A program made the position numbers and the translations under genes. A stretch of DNA of 64,000 nt. Origin: the human T2T-CHM13v2.0 reference genome, Homo sapiens. The notes under the pieces were generated by a model. The model ran no database searches. It was not told the DNA's origin and saw nothing but the letters and a program-made list of their open reading frames with translations. The stretch lies in assembly GCF_009914755.1 (NCBI RefSeq), contig NC_060933.1. One strand, 5' to 3'. Positions within the stretch are counted from its first letter, which is position 1; every line of letters begins with the position of its first letter. Shown here piece after piece: positions 1 to 15,705 of this stretch.

Positions 1-285
<285 letters not shown>

Positions 286-1149
286 TTTTTGCTGCCTTTG
301 GAAATTGTGGTGAGGGTGTAAGGCCCACAGGTGAAATAGCAGCCACCCTGAGCTCATGAGCAAAGCCTGCCTGATGGCATGTAGGCTGATGCCTGCAGAC
401 TCAAGAATGAAAGGATAGGAAAGTCAGATTTCTTGAGAGTCAGATTTGGATGTGAATCCTGGCTCTGATATTGCGATATAATCAGTGAGTTTCTCAATCA
501 GCCAATCACTGAACTGCCTGCCTCTGACCTTCCAATGATCGATAATCAAGTTCATAATCATTTCAGCCAGATTTCTGTTACCCACAACTGAATGCTTCCT
601 GGTACCTGACTCTGTTCCCACTACCTAAAGTGGTGTCTGGCACGCAGTAGGCATTTAGAAACCCTTGTTCAAATGAATTCATCAGGGTTTAATGTAGATT
701 ATTAAGAGAAAAACCTTGCTGTTAGTGTAGGTTCACTTCTATGAGAACAGTGTCTGGTTTTTGTTTCTTTTCCCTCTCACCTTTTTACTGTACAAACTAC
801 ATTAAAATAAAAAGGAAGAAAAGAGGGAGAAAGAAGAAATTTCAAACACGGTTCTACCATGTATGACAGGACTGAGCTGCTGGAGTACAGGTTCTTATTG
901 TAAACACAGATCCTCACGCCGAGACACATTACCAAGACGCGGTTCCCCAGATGAAATTTCATCCAGCTCCCCTGTGTGCCCATGCTACGCTTCTGCCTTT
1001 AGGGGCCAGTGCACCGGGTAAGTTTAATTTTTACAAATATCTCAGGAATAGGAAGACAATTTTTCTGTTGGTTATCAGGATTCTTGGAGTATTATCATGA
1101 AAGGTTTCAAATACATATGCAACACCCATGCTCAAATAAGCCCGTGGGA

Positions 1150-1360
1150 GGCAGCCTCGTGGTTAAGGGGCTTGAGAGTCCAATTTGGATTTTTATCTTG
1201 GCTCTGCCACCCCTATTGTTACAACTTTGGGCAAGTCACTTACCTTCTTTGGGCATCGACTTCCCCATTTGTAAAAAATAAGATTAAGTGAGATACCCAT
1301 ATGACATTTAGCTTGGAGCTTGGTATAGCATCAGTGTTCCAAACAAGCTATAATTACAAT
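1150..1360 (+). mobile_element. MIR SINE
   Basis: MIR core: actttgggcaagtcacttaccttc...ttccccatttgtaaaa. Confidence 0.75.
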
Positions 1361-1544
1361 AAAATTGTTCATAAGATAATCCTTAAGTTTCATGATTCCT
1401 TAAAGAAGGGCCTTCCATGCGGAAGGACAGGGGAGCTGGCTAAATGCCAGTCCACTGAAATCTGGCTTCTCTGTGTCACCAAAGGCTGGCCTCCTTCCTA
1501 GAGGAAGTGTGGCCCAATGAAAAGAACACAGGTCTCAGAATCCG

Positions 1545-1770
1545 TCACAGTGATTGTAAGACTGGGATCAGACTGGGATCTAATCCCAGCCATATACTCA
1601 CTGGCTGTTACCATGGGTTCCATACTAAATCTCTGCCCTTCAGCTCCCTCATCTGTAACAGGGATGCTACCATCCCCCGACCTATCCCGACCCACTGCCC
1701 AGTGAATCTGTGTAAGAAATGACAACGCATGGGAAGTGTCTAGTACGCTGCCTGGCACACAGGAGGGACA
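1545..1770 (+). mobile_element. MIR SINE
   Basis: aatcccagcc...actggctg...ctcatctgtaa...gcctggcacacag. Confidence 0.7.
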
Positions 1771-4700
1771 CCACCCATGCCGGCTCCCTTCCATTTCTTC
1801 TAATATCAGTTCTCCCCAATTACATTCAGGTTAAAACCAGAAGTTCTCAGTACACAATGAATGGGGCCCTCATGGCAGGAGGGCACAGGAATGGTATGGT
1901 TGGCTTTAAAAAGATGACTAAATTGCCCAACAATGGCAAATATATATAATAAACCTACCCCACAAATGTTTTATTTGGTTTCAAGGCCCTGCTGAGCCTG
2001 CATCCTGCTACCCCCTTGGACATGGGGTCTGTGTTGCTCATTCACACAGGGAAAATTGGCGGAGCCCTCTCTCCCACCCAGAGCTGCTTCTTGTGCCCTC
2101 TGCCAGAGGATGGCAATGTCACAGGAGCAAGGGAGCTGCACAATGCCCAGAGGTTTATGAAAATACGTATCTGAAAAAGGGAATGCTGTGCAGAGAGTGG
2201 TCGTGTGGGCAGGCCTGGTGCATGGGAGCAATTAGAGCTGGTTTGCAACAACTAGTGCTGTTCTATTCAATTGCTTAAAGAATTGCCATAGCAACAGCAG
2301 CCACACATAGTAAAGTGGCAGCAAGATGGAGCAAACACTTGAAAAAGACCCTCTTTTACTAACCCTCCTCCCTTCCCCAAAATGAATAAAGGGCCATTTT
2401 GTTTCTCTGAAATAGTCTTCCAATCAATGTCCATACTTCACACCAAAGTGGGTGACCAGATGCCCATTTTTATTTTCTTCTTCTTCTTGGTGTTAATGAT
2501 TACAACTGCAGCTCAGCTACCTTTTAATGAGCTCCTACTATGTCCTGGGCTCCGGGCTGATGAAAATATCACTTAATTCCTTCAGCTGACACTGACTGGG
2601 AGCATACTATATCTGCATTGGAAACATGAGACGTCCCGGATGCTGTCACAGCCTGCAAGAAGCTTGAAGTCTAGAGAGATGGAGCCACAAGCAGATTTGC
2701 TTTTGATAAGTGGCAGCATCTGAGCCAAGTCTTGAACAAACACTTTAAGAGGCCCCACTATGTGCTAGGAATACAGACGTGAATAAGAACTGAGCTCTCT
2801 TTTCCTTCCAAAAGCTCACAGTCTAGTGGGGCAGAGAAACATGGAGGTAAAGCATTAATGTGAGGCCACATCTAATTGCTAACATATGGGAGTTAGGAGA
2901 CCACAATTGGTAACATACTTAACAAACCAAAACAGATTTCAGGAGGGGTAAAGGAGGGAGGGTTAAATGTTTAGAGAGTGTTGCCTCCGATCAGTCCATG
3001 GGCTAGGTCTGTTAGCTGTGTTGTGGATGAACAATACTCTAACCCCCTTACGTGTGACAGCAACAGGATGGAGGCCACTCAGGCTAATCCCCAACAGCAT
3101 GCCATGTGCTCTGCTCAGCGCTCCACATTCCTCATCTTGTGGAGGCCTGCCCCACAAGAACCGTGCGAGGCGGTAACTCTTATTCCATGTGTATAAGAAG
3201 ATACAGAACCAAAGCTCAAATCGTTGACTTGCTTTTACTGCTACACAGATAATACGTTACAGAGTTAGAGATCTGAACTCAAGTCATCCCAATTAAGGAA
3301 CCTGTAGTATTTGTGTGTTAGGCTACAGATTCAGATCGATGGGTCACCAGGTGAAAAAGTTCACAGCTTGTTCTTGGAATATTAGAGTTGAAATTGAAAA
3401 ACTGTACTTTCATACTGTAAAGTTAACCTATTTCTCATGAAAAGGAAAACTAGCCAAAAACTTACAGTGGCAGCTTGTGGAAGAGCGAAGGCCAGAAATG
3501 TTGGTGGCTCAGTGCAAAGGGCTCTGCTCCTCCATCTACTTTGACTTGGAAATGAGAATATGATTCCAAGGTCAGGCTTTAGAATCAACTGGCCTGAAAA
3601 GTATTCAATGTATGGGCTATATGCAGAAAGCACCTCGGTCTGCTCTTTGAATCAATATTATAGTTGATAAGCATGAAAACTCTTCTAGTCCAGAAGCTTG
3701 AGTTTCTATGAGGTGATCACGGGCAGAGGACCTGAAACTCCCTCAACAACTAGAATCTCTCTAACAATTAAGGAAACAAGAGAGCAGGCCCTTTTGTGCC
3801 TGCTGAAACAGCGTGATGACAGAAGGGATGACTGGAGCATGTGGTATTAGAGAAAAAGAGTGAAGAATCTGCTGGCATGTCAGGGATGAAAAATACACGT
3901 AACCCAGGGTGCTGCCTTGGTACTGAATGCCAGGTCTTTATTATAATTACCCAGGGGGAAACCTTACTCCTTCCTGATGTCTGTGGAGAAGAGGCCACTT
4001 GATGGGGCTTCCTCTGGATGCTCAGAGATACTGAGAATAGGGCATCCTACACTGCACAGAGTAGGCACTCAGTAAATAGTCTTTGGATAATAAACGAATC
4101 ATGCTGTCAACAATATGCTTCAGCAAACACAATAAAAGGATTCAAAACCTCTTTCAATGATATCTGCGGGTTGGATGGTCGGGCTTATGATAGGAATAAG
4201 TCCAGGGTGGATCTAGAAAGAAAGGCTGCAAACGCAAAAGCCTTCATGGGTCCACAAGGAATAGAACTGAGTGAAGGCGGCAGGGTGTAAGACAACAGTG
4301 AGTGGTGGCCAACACAGATGAGCCATGCCCTGTCTCCAAATATTTAGAAGCATCCAATTAAAAAAAGGTTACAAACACAGCACTTGACAAACAAAACACA
4401 TTTAAGGGCTGAATTTGCTGAATCTGGCCTGCAGGCTGCCAGTTTGACCTCTGGTAAAGTGGCAGATGAACCAGGGCGGTCTTCCCGACTGGAATCTCTT
4501 CAATGACAATGTCTCAGGCTGCCCTCTGATGGAGGCTGGGCAGTAACAGTTGAGGCTGTCTTTCAAGAGGGGGTCACTGTCCCACGTACTCAACATTTGT
4601 ACCTTTGTGCTCTTTACTGATTGGTGAGCAGACAGTGGTATGTGCTCTTGTTACAGCAACTGGGGAATATAACCAAACGCCTACCTCCGACTTAGCTACC

Positions 4701-5576
4701 TTGCAGGAGGAGATGGGAAGAATTTCAACCCAGACTGTTTCACACCTGGAAAGCTAGAGAATTGCATTTTAATAACTGAAAAATGAGGGAAGGACAGGGA
4801 GTAGATAGGCACTGCATACCTCTTATCGCTAAGGCGTTCCATAGCCCTTGGCTCACTAGCTTCTCTGACTACCTTGGGAAACAGGCATAGTCACTCTACT
4901 TGATAGATAAGAATGCTGAGGCTCCGAAAAAGGAGGAGACGTGTTCGAGGTCACGCTGCAAGTGAGCAGCAGAGCCAAGATCTGAAACCAGGCAAGCTGT
5001 CCTTCTAAGCACACCTTCTATTTCTATGGAAAGGCTGCATGGGAACCAGGACCCAGGGAGCAGCCCTCTTCAGAGAGAAAGTTCTATGCTAACTTTTAGG
5101 GCCTGCTATTAGGTAGATTCTGGCCTGCTCGGTTAAATTTACTCTTGTTGGGGGTAAGTGGGAAGATGACTACAAGGAAGGAACACAGCAAGAATCCCAG
5201 CCTCCTTTTTCGAGGGCATCTCTGAAAAACATGCTAACCATCAAAACTCCAAGAGAGAAGACACTGTTTGAGTTAGCCTCAATCACCTGTATACTCGTGT
5301 AGGTAGCAGATAAATGCCACAAGCCAGAAGGACAGAGAGAAGACAGCTTTAACCGGATCCGTTTCTCACTGATCAATAACTCACTGAACAATACCGGCTG
5401 GCACTATGACCCTGCTCTACAGGAGCTAAAGGGGAAAATAAGAACACACTCCAAACACAGTACAAAACAAGGCAGCTGGTGGAAAGTCCACTTTCTCCTC
5501 ACAAATGGGTAAATCCCCCAGCATTAGGGCCAAAGAAAACAATAAACTTAGGTTCACCCAGCTAGTGCAGTCTACC

Positions 5577-5921
<345 letters not shown>

Positions 5922-5956
5922 TGACCCTTCTCCCTCTATGCCAGTATCACTGCCCA

Positions 5957-6025
5957 ACACATGCACACACATGCACACACCTGCACATGTGCACACACAC
6001 ACACACACATATGCGTACACACACC
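5957..6025. repeat. imperfect (CA)n microsatellite
   Basis: acacatgcacacacatgcacacac...acacacacacac. Confidence 0.8.
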
Positions 6026-6389
6026 CCCATGCCTGCTGTTAGATGGAAATTCCCTCTGACTCCTCATCCTTTCCCTGGATCTGGTCTCTTCTGGCTTCCT
6101 TTCCCATTGATACTCAAGAGAGCCTGCATTCTCAGTCCCACGGCCAATCCACTCACCTGGCTTCGCCATACCCCTTCCATCCCAGGGCCCTGGTCCTACC
6201 GAATACGCTTATCTCCCCAGGTGCTCTCTCATCAGCATTTCCATGTACTCAAGTCTCTTCCAATGTTAATACAACCAACAAACACTGGAACTCCCATGTC
6301 TTCCCTCAGCCCTACATGACCATCTGGTTGTCATCATTTTCCCTCTCCCCCAGCCACAATGCCCCGAGGGCTTGTCTGGACTCTACCTC

Positions 6390-7625
6390 CGCCACCTCGA
6401 CATTGAAACTGGTCTCACCCAAGATCCCCAAGACTTTCTAATGGCTAAAACACACAGGGGACTTTCTGTCTTTATCTGATTAACCTCTCTTTGGTGGCCC
6501 TAGACATTCGCATCCCTTGGCGTTGGCATGTTATCCTGGATTTATCCTCACCTTTCTGAAGATTCCTTTTCTGACTTCTTTGCCAGCCCCTCTTTCTTTG
6601 GTAGTCTCTTAAATATACATTAGCTGTTCTCTGGTCTATGCTCTTTTCTTCTTACTTTGTACCTTTTCTCTAGCTAATTACCATCTATATGTTGATACAA
6701 CTCAAATCCGTATCTTCATCTCACTCTTCCCCTCTGGTCTCCTGGATTCTCATTCAAAGCTGCCCAAGTGGACATCTCTTGGCTGTCCACTGACATATCA
6801 AACTCAACATGAATAAGCTTGAAGTCATCTTCCCTCCCAAACTGGTTCTTCTCCCTTCATCCTAGTGGGTGGGAATAGCCTCACCCAGTTACCTGGGTTG
6901 GTCTTGTTTTACTTTTCTCTCTCTTTTCTATTCACTCAAATCCTAAGCCCTGTGGATCCTATCCCTTCTCATTTCCCAAGCCCATCCATTTCTCTCCATC
7001 CCTACAGTCACTTCCCCAGTCCAGGCCACCATCTTCTTTCTGCTGGATTATGGTGACAGCCTCCTTGGCGGCTTCTTTCTCTGAGCTTGCCTACTGTTAA
7101 TCATTTCTCTTTTCACACTACTACCATAGCCACCTTAAAAAATTCCTGTGTATTCATATAACTTCCCTCCCTTACAAACTCTTTCTCCACAGCTGTCCAA
7201 TGACCTAAGGATTCATTTTAAGCTTCATGATGTAGCTTATAAGGTCCTCTCTGATCTGGTCCAAGACTGCCTTTCAGGTTCATCTCTTGCCACACCCTCC
7301 CTTGTGTCTGCTTCTCCTTCTGCCTGGAGGATGTTCCCTCTCACCTATCCCTGGCTACCCCACTCATTTATTCTTCATCTCTCAGCTTGGGTATCACTTC
7401 CTCCAGGGCACTTTGCTGAGCCCCAATTCCTAGTTGGGTACCCCCCTTGGATCTCCCGCACCCATCTGGAGGACTCATTAAGCTGTATTATAACTGCCTC
7501 TATGCTTGTCATTTTCTGCACTGGTCTGACCCATTCCCTGCCATCAACCCAGTGCCCAATGTGGTTACTATACTAACACACAAGAGGAGCTACATATGAT
7601 TAAAACAATGAATGGATGAATGAAC
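6390..7625 (+). mobile_element. L2 LINE remnant (RT region to 3' end)
   Basis: taccatctatatgttgatac (decayed YHLYADD codons), catatcaaactcaacatg, ccaggccaccatc, 3' tail gaatggatgaatgaa. Confidence 0.8.
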
Positions 7626-7659
7626 AAAAATCTCAAAGAAAGATGAATGCTAGAAAAGA

Positions 7660-7850
7660 GTTTGAATCAGCTTCTAACCTTGATTCTGCAACTAACTTGT
7701 GTTGTGCTCTGCGACTGATTGTTTAATGTCTCAGAATCTGTTCCTCATCTGTAAAACTGATGTTGCTATCTATCTCTCAGGTTGCTGTATTAAATGAGAT
7801 GACATGTGAACGCACCTGCCATCACACATGGCTCATAATAGGCATCAGAC
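7660..7850 (+). mobile_element. MIR SINE
   Basis: ttcctcatctgtaaaa...attaaatgagatgacatgtgaa. Confidence 0.7.
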
Positions 7851-8359
7851 ATGTTTTAAAAATTAAGTGAAAAAGTCTAATTATTCAAAGAGAACATTTT
7901 GGGGAACATGAGAATAGAGCTGGCTAGTAAGACACACATGACCAGCACTCCATCTGCAATGATGAAAGAAAGCTAAAGGCAGGAGTCATGAACTCAATAT
8001 CAAAGCTATTCTCTGCAAAGGAGCCGATTCCTCCAAAGACATTAAATTAGAGGAACTAAGTTTTGAAACCTTATTCTCATTACTTTCCTAGCAAGCCACT
8101 GAGAAAGTGAAGCCATTTTCTTCTTGGGCAGCTTCTCCAGTATACTGTTCTTGGGGGAAACCAATATTCTTTATTTCCTCCAGGACTGGGAGTTGCTTGG
8201 CAGAAACTGAGATAAAAACAGAAATATTTGCCATATATTTATTGCTGGAGGCTTATGGTGTGAAAAAAATCTCCACATGGATCCCTAGCTAGAATTTTAG
8301 AAGTTATCCTAGACCATTCCCTTTCCCTCCAGCTGCACATTTTTTGACTGACTGATTCT

Positions 8360-8980
8360 CTTCAATCTCCCTCAGATGTGTTCTTCTCACTCATTTCCAC
8401 TGATCAGAGTTTTGAGCTGGTTTTGCTTCCCAGAGCTAATATAATGCCCTTCTCACTGGCCTCTGCCATGCTGTCATCTTCCAACCAGCTTCCTCCCTGC
8501 CTCCAGAAAGGGAAATGCTCCCTGTTTTAAACCCTTAAGTGGCTTTACTAACCACAAGGACACCCAAGCTTTTGGGTGGCAGCTGGTAAGGCATTCAAAC
8601 AATTCCAAACTAGCCCCTCTTAGTGTCGTCTTTCAAAGACACACTTCATAGTCCAGCCACGGAGAACAACTTCAGTTTTTCCTAAATGTTTACCCATGCC
8701 ATTCCCTCTATTTGAAGTAACTGTTTGCTTTCTGGAAAACTTCTCCTTCAAGACCCATTTCGAGTGAGTATCTCCTCCTCTGCCCTTGACTTACTCTGGC
8801 AGAGTTAATCACATCCTCGTTGTGTCACTCTCTTATTTAGCAGCTTCTTTCATTATAGTCTTCATCATATTGCATTGCAACTGTGTTTCATGTTTGTTTT
8901 CCTTATAGGCCTGTGAGTTCCCCTGTCAAATAACATATGACCAATGCAATATTTTTTTAAACAAATGAATGAATGACAAA
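8360..8980 (+). mobile_element. L2 3' fragment
   Basis: ctccttcaagaccca, ttgcattgcaactg, aaatgaatgaatga tail. Confidence 0.6.
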
Positions 8981-9829
8981 GTAATGTATGTGTCACCCTC
9001 ACCTTTGTCTATATTGCCCAAGCTGGGTGGTATGAGGACCTAAAAAATGTTACTGAACTATTTGAGACAAGTAATAGATACATTAAAAACAAATTATAAG
9101 AAATGTGATTTACAAAGAAACAATCTGTGTGAGCTTAGACCCCTTCTCCCCCGACTGTAGTGATACTCAGCACTCAGCACTCTGTGGGCGCTTAACAAAT
9201 GTTGAATAACAACAATAGACTTTTTTTATATTTATAGACTAGCATTGTAAACATTTCATCACTTCCCTGTTGCTGAAAAATTCTAAGTTTAACAACATCT
9301 GCCCAATAAAATAAAACCAAAATTCTGCTACCGAGAAGAGACAAGTGGTATACAAACAAACCTCAGTAAACAGTCTATTTAGACAGCCAAAAGAACGTGA
9401 AAGATGGAAATTCTGCGCATCATAAAAGATAAAAAGGAACTAAAGTTTTCTTTCTCAGAAACAAGTTAGAATGAAAATGGAAAAGAGGCCAGATATAACT
9501 CTTGACACTTCTCAGGTCTTCTGGCACATGACATCCCACAGTCTGGGTCTGAAGTCACATTCATCTTCCCAATTCATCCACCCACATGATAGAATAATGC
9601 AGTGATGTGAAGCTACTTCACTATGCTAGGGTTTTAACTTTAAGGATGAACTCATGAATTCACAAAGGACAGAATACAGGTCAGGTGTTAGGCAGACATG
9701 GATTCAGATCCAGGCTCTACCTCTTACTAGCTATTTTACCTCGGGAAAAATCCAATCTGAAATTTTTCTTGTTTGCTTGTTTTTAATCCAGAAAATTAGG
9801 ACACTATCACCTATTCTGAAAGATAATAC

Positions 9830-10500
9830 TAAAGAGTTCGCCAGAACAAATAACAGAGAGATCAAGGGTAAAGGAAGATGAAAGAGCAGGTAAGAGCATG
9901 GCTAATAAATTGGGAAATGCCGACATGTTTATATAGGAGTTTCCAGAATAAAAAAACAAAAAACTAGCCTTGGCAGAGAAGTAGTATTTGAAGAGATAAT
10001 GCCTGAGAATATTCTAGAATTGAAGAAAGACATGAGCCCTAGGTATCAAGTATGATAAATAAATCTACTTAGATGCAGCAGGGTAAAATCACAGAATATA
10101 AGGCGAAAGAGAACATCTTCAGAGTTCCTGGAGAGAAAAGATGGATTTTTCATAAAAGAATGATGACTGGATTGATAACAGACTGTTTGCCAATAGAAAC
10201 AGATGAGAGAAGACAAATCTTCAAGGGGCAAAAGGAAAATAATTGTCAATGTACCGTTTCATACCCAGATAAACTATCCTTCAGGCGTCATAGCAAAATA
10301 AAGACATTTTAGTTTGTAGACTCTCACTGAAAGAAATATTAAAAGATATAATTCAGCAAGAAGAAAAGTAAACTCATGGGAAAATAATAGTGAACATGGA
10401 TGTTGACTGTACAACTAACTACTGTCAATATTTTGTTAGTTTTTTTAAAAGTGAAGATAAAATTGCAATAACACTAAGATTTGTACATGTGAGTGTCCAA
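9830..10500 (+). mobile_element. old L1 (L1M/HAL1) ORF1-region remnant
   Basis: A-rich strand with tatttgaagagataatgcctgagaatattctagaattgaagaaagacatg and atacccagataaactatccttca, typical L1 ORF1 segments. Confidence 0.75.
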
Positions 10501-10511
10501 TTAGTAAAGCA

Positions 10512-10840
10512 CAGTAGTCCCCTCTTTATCTGCAGGGGATGTGTTCCACGACCCTCAGTGTATACCTGAAACTGCAGATAGTATCGAACCCTAAACATAC
10601 TATGTTTTTCCTAAACATACATACCTATGATAAAGTTTAATTTACAAATTAGCCACATTAAGAGATTAACAATAATTAATAAAATAAATAGAACCATTAT
10701 AACAATATATGGTAATAAAAGTTATGTAAATGTGGTCTTTTTCTCTCTTTCCAAATTTCTTATTGTACATAATATTTTTATGGTTGACCTTGATAACTGA
10801 AGTCATGGAAAGTGAAACTGCAGATAAGTGGAGACTACTG
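10512..10840 (-). mobile_element. MER44A (TcMar-Tigger) non-autonomous DNA transposon, complete
   Basis: TIRs cagtagtccc..ttatctgcag / ctgcagataa..gactactg; TA on right flank; ~330 bp interior matches MER44A. Confidence 0.85.
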
Positions 10841-11366
10841 TATATCAAAGTCTTTGTATTGTTAGGAAGAGATAAAGATATTAAATACATTTAGAATTGT
10901 TAATTTATATGATTTCCATATATGTGGGTCTATTCTGTTTTTTACTATTCTGGGTTAGACTTCCAAAAAAATCTTTCTGGGAAAGCAAATGTTTCTTTCC
11001 CATTTTGTAGCCGTAGTATTCCTATGATATTTTACAAACAGCTTGCATCAAACTAAACTCATGTTCTAATCCACTTCGTAGAAGGTTTGTTTAAGATCCT
11101 CTCTCCCACTCTGCTTTCATTATTTTCCCAGCTGAATCATTTTCCCTTTCCTTTTGCCTTCCTTAGTTTTTTACATTTGGACTTCATTTTTAAAAAATCT
11201 TTTCCATTCCCTGAGTCTTTTTCTTCCTTTCACCTTTTTATTATGACATAGTTTCATATTTATGAAAAAGTTGCAAGAATAATAGAAAGAATTACCACCG
11301 ACCTTTCACCCAGATTACCCAAAATGTTAACAGTTTACCACATTGGCTTTATCCTTCTCTTCCCCC

Positions 11367-11372
11367 CTCTCT

Positions 11373-11429
<57 letters not shown>
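11367..11429. repeat. (CT)5(AC)26 compound microsatellite
   Basis: Uninterrupted AC run 11377-11428 preceded by a CT run. Confidence 0.97.
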
Positions 11430-11432
<3 letters not shown>

Positions 11433-11539
11433 GGCAATTATATGTGTTTTACATATAAAATGTCTTCCTAAAACATTTAAGAAAAAATTGCAGACATGAT
11501 ATCCTTTTACCCTCAAATACTTAAGCATTCCTAAAAATC

Positions 11540-12042
11540 ATCACATTTTCACCACACTCAAAAACTTCAGTGACATGCTAGAAATAAGAAACTTAAAAAT
11601 GGTAGCCTACTTTTACACATAGCAAATGGTTAAGAAATATATAAACCCCATAATAAATATGTCATTTTACCTTGAAAAAGATCTACAGTTTGTTTGTGGA
11701 AGGGGCAGAGGGTTGCAGCTTGTGAGTATATGGTGAAGTGGCGAGAAGAGGACAGAAAATCATAGCACCAGACATGGGCAGGACAGATGTGGCTTATAAC
11801 ATGTGATGAATGGAGGTAATTGGCAAATACCTGAAGGGTGTGCATGTGTGTTCTGTGCATGTGCATCTTGGCTAAGCTGGGGGCAATTTTCTTCATTCAC
11901 TTAGAATTTTTCATAGGTGAAACCCTGTACAATCAAATGAATCAAATGAAATGAAATTCACATTATGCTCAAATTGCTCCCTGACATACTGATGGCATTG
12001 GAACATTGTGTTGTCAAAACAGGCATTATAACAAACTGACTA
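11540..12042 (-). mobile_element. Tigger13a-like DNA transposon nested in L1MC
   Basis: Reverse complement begins tagtcagtttgttataatgcctgttttgac...gggagcaatttgagcataatgtgaattt, matching the remembered Tigger13a left end. Confidence 0.65.
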
Positions 12043-13859
12043 TATTTCCTAAAATCAAGAATGTCCTCTTACATAACCATAGTGCGATGATCAAAATTAG
12101 AAAATTAACATTGATACAATACAAATCTAAAATTTGGACTTGATTCAGAATTCACCAACTGTCCCAATAATGACTTTTTATACCAAAAGAAAATCCTGGA
12201 TCACACACCACGTTCCGTTGTCCTGTCCTTTAGCCTCCTTTAATCTAGAATAGTTCTTGGGTTGTCCTTTGTTGCAAGACATTAACATTTTGAAGAGTAC
12301 AGGCCAGCTATTTTGTAGAATGTCCCTCAATTCAGGTCAAACCCTCTAGTCTTACCTCAATCTGTCATTGTTAGTGAAAGCACTGTTAATGACTGAAATC
12401 TTCCTGAAAGTGATTCAAGTATGAAGGTAGGCTCTATGTCTTTTATCATAGCACCCCTTTGAAAAATCAAGTGAAATCTACATTGGGAAACCTAGAAAAT
12501 GGCAGTTACCCAACTGCCCTTAAAATAAAAGTCCCTTCTTTTAAGAGAATTAAAAACTAAAAGATGCACAGAAAACCCATCTGCCACAGAAAGTAAACTG
12601 GCTTCCTATAGCCCAAAGTATAGGAAGTACCTATCACTCACCAGACAGTTGTTTTTAGAGGTCTCACTATATCTTCTAAGAGCTGCAATGTGTATTAATC
12701 AACAAAAAGAAACTAATAAGGCTGCAGGCCAGAGCTCAGCATGAATCAAAGAAGCTGCATCTTAAACCTGGATAAATAATGCAGATGGTAGCTTCACCAG
12801 GAGTTGGCACTCACAAACAACAATCATGCACACAAGTACACATAGGACATTTTATGTAGGAAATGCAGGGTTACAGCTTAATGTATATCAAAATGAGAAA
12901 GAAAGATCTCATTCTGGCTTTCTCTATCTCTGCTGTTGAATTCTCCTGCAAAAGGAAACTCACATTTTCTACAGAATCAAGTCCTATCTCTGAATCCTAA
13001 TTCTACCACTTACTAGCCACGTGGTCAGAGAGTGCCTAGCTCTGTGCCAAGCACATAGAAGGTGCTCAAGATATGTTTCGGTACACATTTTGAGAATGCT
13101 TTTACTCTATTTTCATGGTGGGCTTCTTTCTCCCACCTGGATTTTTATCTTGATTAAAAATAAAAAGGCACAAATTCATTCGCCCACTCTCTTTAGCACA
13201 AGAAAAACATGGCTATGGAATCCATGGGACTATTCCAATATCTTTGGGCATTCTGAGTTTTAGAACAGGAGAGGAAGAAATGGTACTGCACTCAAGCCTG
13301 GCTTTCTCAGAGCCCAGAGCTCACCTGCCATTTGCTGCACATCCATGGACTGCAGAAAGACAGACCTCTTGGATTTTGGAGGTTGGTGTCTGGTGTCTGT
13401 GTACTTGTACAATGTCTCAAGCACTGCGAACTGGAGGGAGAGAGTCTTCCAACCAGTCAGGTAGGTGGAGAGTGCTGGATGCTGCCACTACAGAGGGGGA
13501 CCCATTGGAGATGCTCTGTTCAAAGCTGCAGGAAGGAATTTACTTGTCCAATAGAGTTTCTGAATTCTTTCTAGAAAGGTCAGTAAAGGGTAAGGGCTGT
13601 GAGTGGGATTTCCTGTGTTTAGTTACTAAAAATGTGGGAAAGAATGTTTACGTACATTCAAGCTGAACCACTCCCTCTCCTCCACGGCCACTGTGGAAAC
13701 CCAGAACCTCAATATATGGGGTCAAGTCATATTTCAAGATCCTTGGAAAGTTTGAAATGTGTTACACTAGAGGGGTCTGGACCTCAGAATTTTTGAGCTG
13801 GATTTTAAACATGATATTATGAAAGACAAGATTTGGAAATTATTAATACTTCATCTATT

Positions 13860-14760
13860 TTGTAATTCCATTGAATGTCATTTATCACACAATTTATATG
13901 TGAAAGACTATATGGAACTTATATTAAGCAACATAGCATAACACAATGAGCATCTGCGAACCTACCCTCCTAAAGAAACAGACATTTTCGTCTTCCTCAC
14001 ATTGTCTTAAGAGTTTTTCCACTGCCTCCTCTTGCCTCTTCCTGCTGACCCTACTAAGACTTTTTCTCAATTCTGTTTCTGAGAATTTCAAAGTTTTACC
14101 ACACATGTATGTAGCTCAAATAATGTTTAGTTTTGCTTACTGTTGGGCCTTAAAAATCAGTATCATGCTGTATGCTTCTAAGATACATTCATGTTGTTGT
14201 TTATAGCTTAAAGTAACTAGTTTTCATGGCTGTATAATATTTCATCACGTAAATATTATTCATCTACTATCTTTCAACATATATTTGAATTGCTTCCAGT
14301 TTTTTGCTGATAAGAACATTTTTTGTGTATGTTTCCTAGCCTAAATGTGCAAGAGTTTCAACTTTATAAGATAATGCCAAATTGTTTTCCAAAATTCTGG
14401 TACCAATTTACACTGCTGTCAGCAAAATGAGAGTTCTTGTTGCTCCACACACCTACCTCAGCAATATAAGTATCTGCCTTCCCGATTTTTGCTAATTGAA
14501 TGTGTGCAAAACAAAACACTGTCTTGGTCTTGTTTCCTTGATTATCAGTTGAGTGTATTTTCCTAAGTTTATAAACCATTCATGTTAACTCTCCTGTGAA
14601 ACGTCTGATCATATCTTTCCCCTGTTTTAGTCTTCATTGATTTATAGAAATACTTTACATGATCTTGGACGCCAAGCCTTTTTTGTCAGCTAAAGTTGCA
14701 AGTATTATCTTCCTGTCTGTGGCTTTTTTCCCCCCCTTCACTTGCTTTATAGTGACTATT
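13860..14760 (-). mobile_element. L1ME-type 3' remnant
   Basis: cattcatgttgttg, atgccaaattgttttccaaa, taccaatttacact, cattcatgttaactctcctgtgaa. Confidence 0.7.
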
Positions 14761-14829
14761 TAGGACCAAGGTGCTACCTGGCCTTCTCTTAAGATTCAAA
14801 AGGACAAAAAGTTGGAGGCAGACCAAGAA

Positions 14830-15705
<876 letters not shown>

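Larger units (their letters stand above)
11230..12340 (-). mobile_element. L1MC-type 3' end, interrupted by a microsatellite and a Tigger
   Basis: gaaaaagttgcaagaata...cacccagatt...; resumes after 12043 (tttcctaaaatcaagaatgtcctcttacataacc...tttgtagaatgtccctcaatt). Confidence 0.72.

Noticed and set aside
1559-1580. Short tandem duplications (agactgggatc x2; also ~9165, ~11931, ~53215)
   Set aside because: Ordinary slippage events, mostly in old repeats, with no functional hint.
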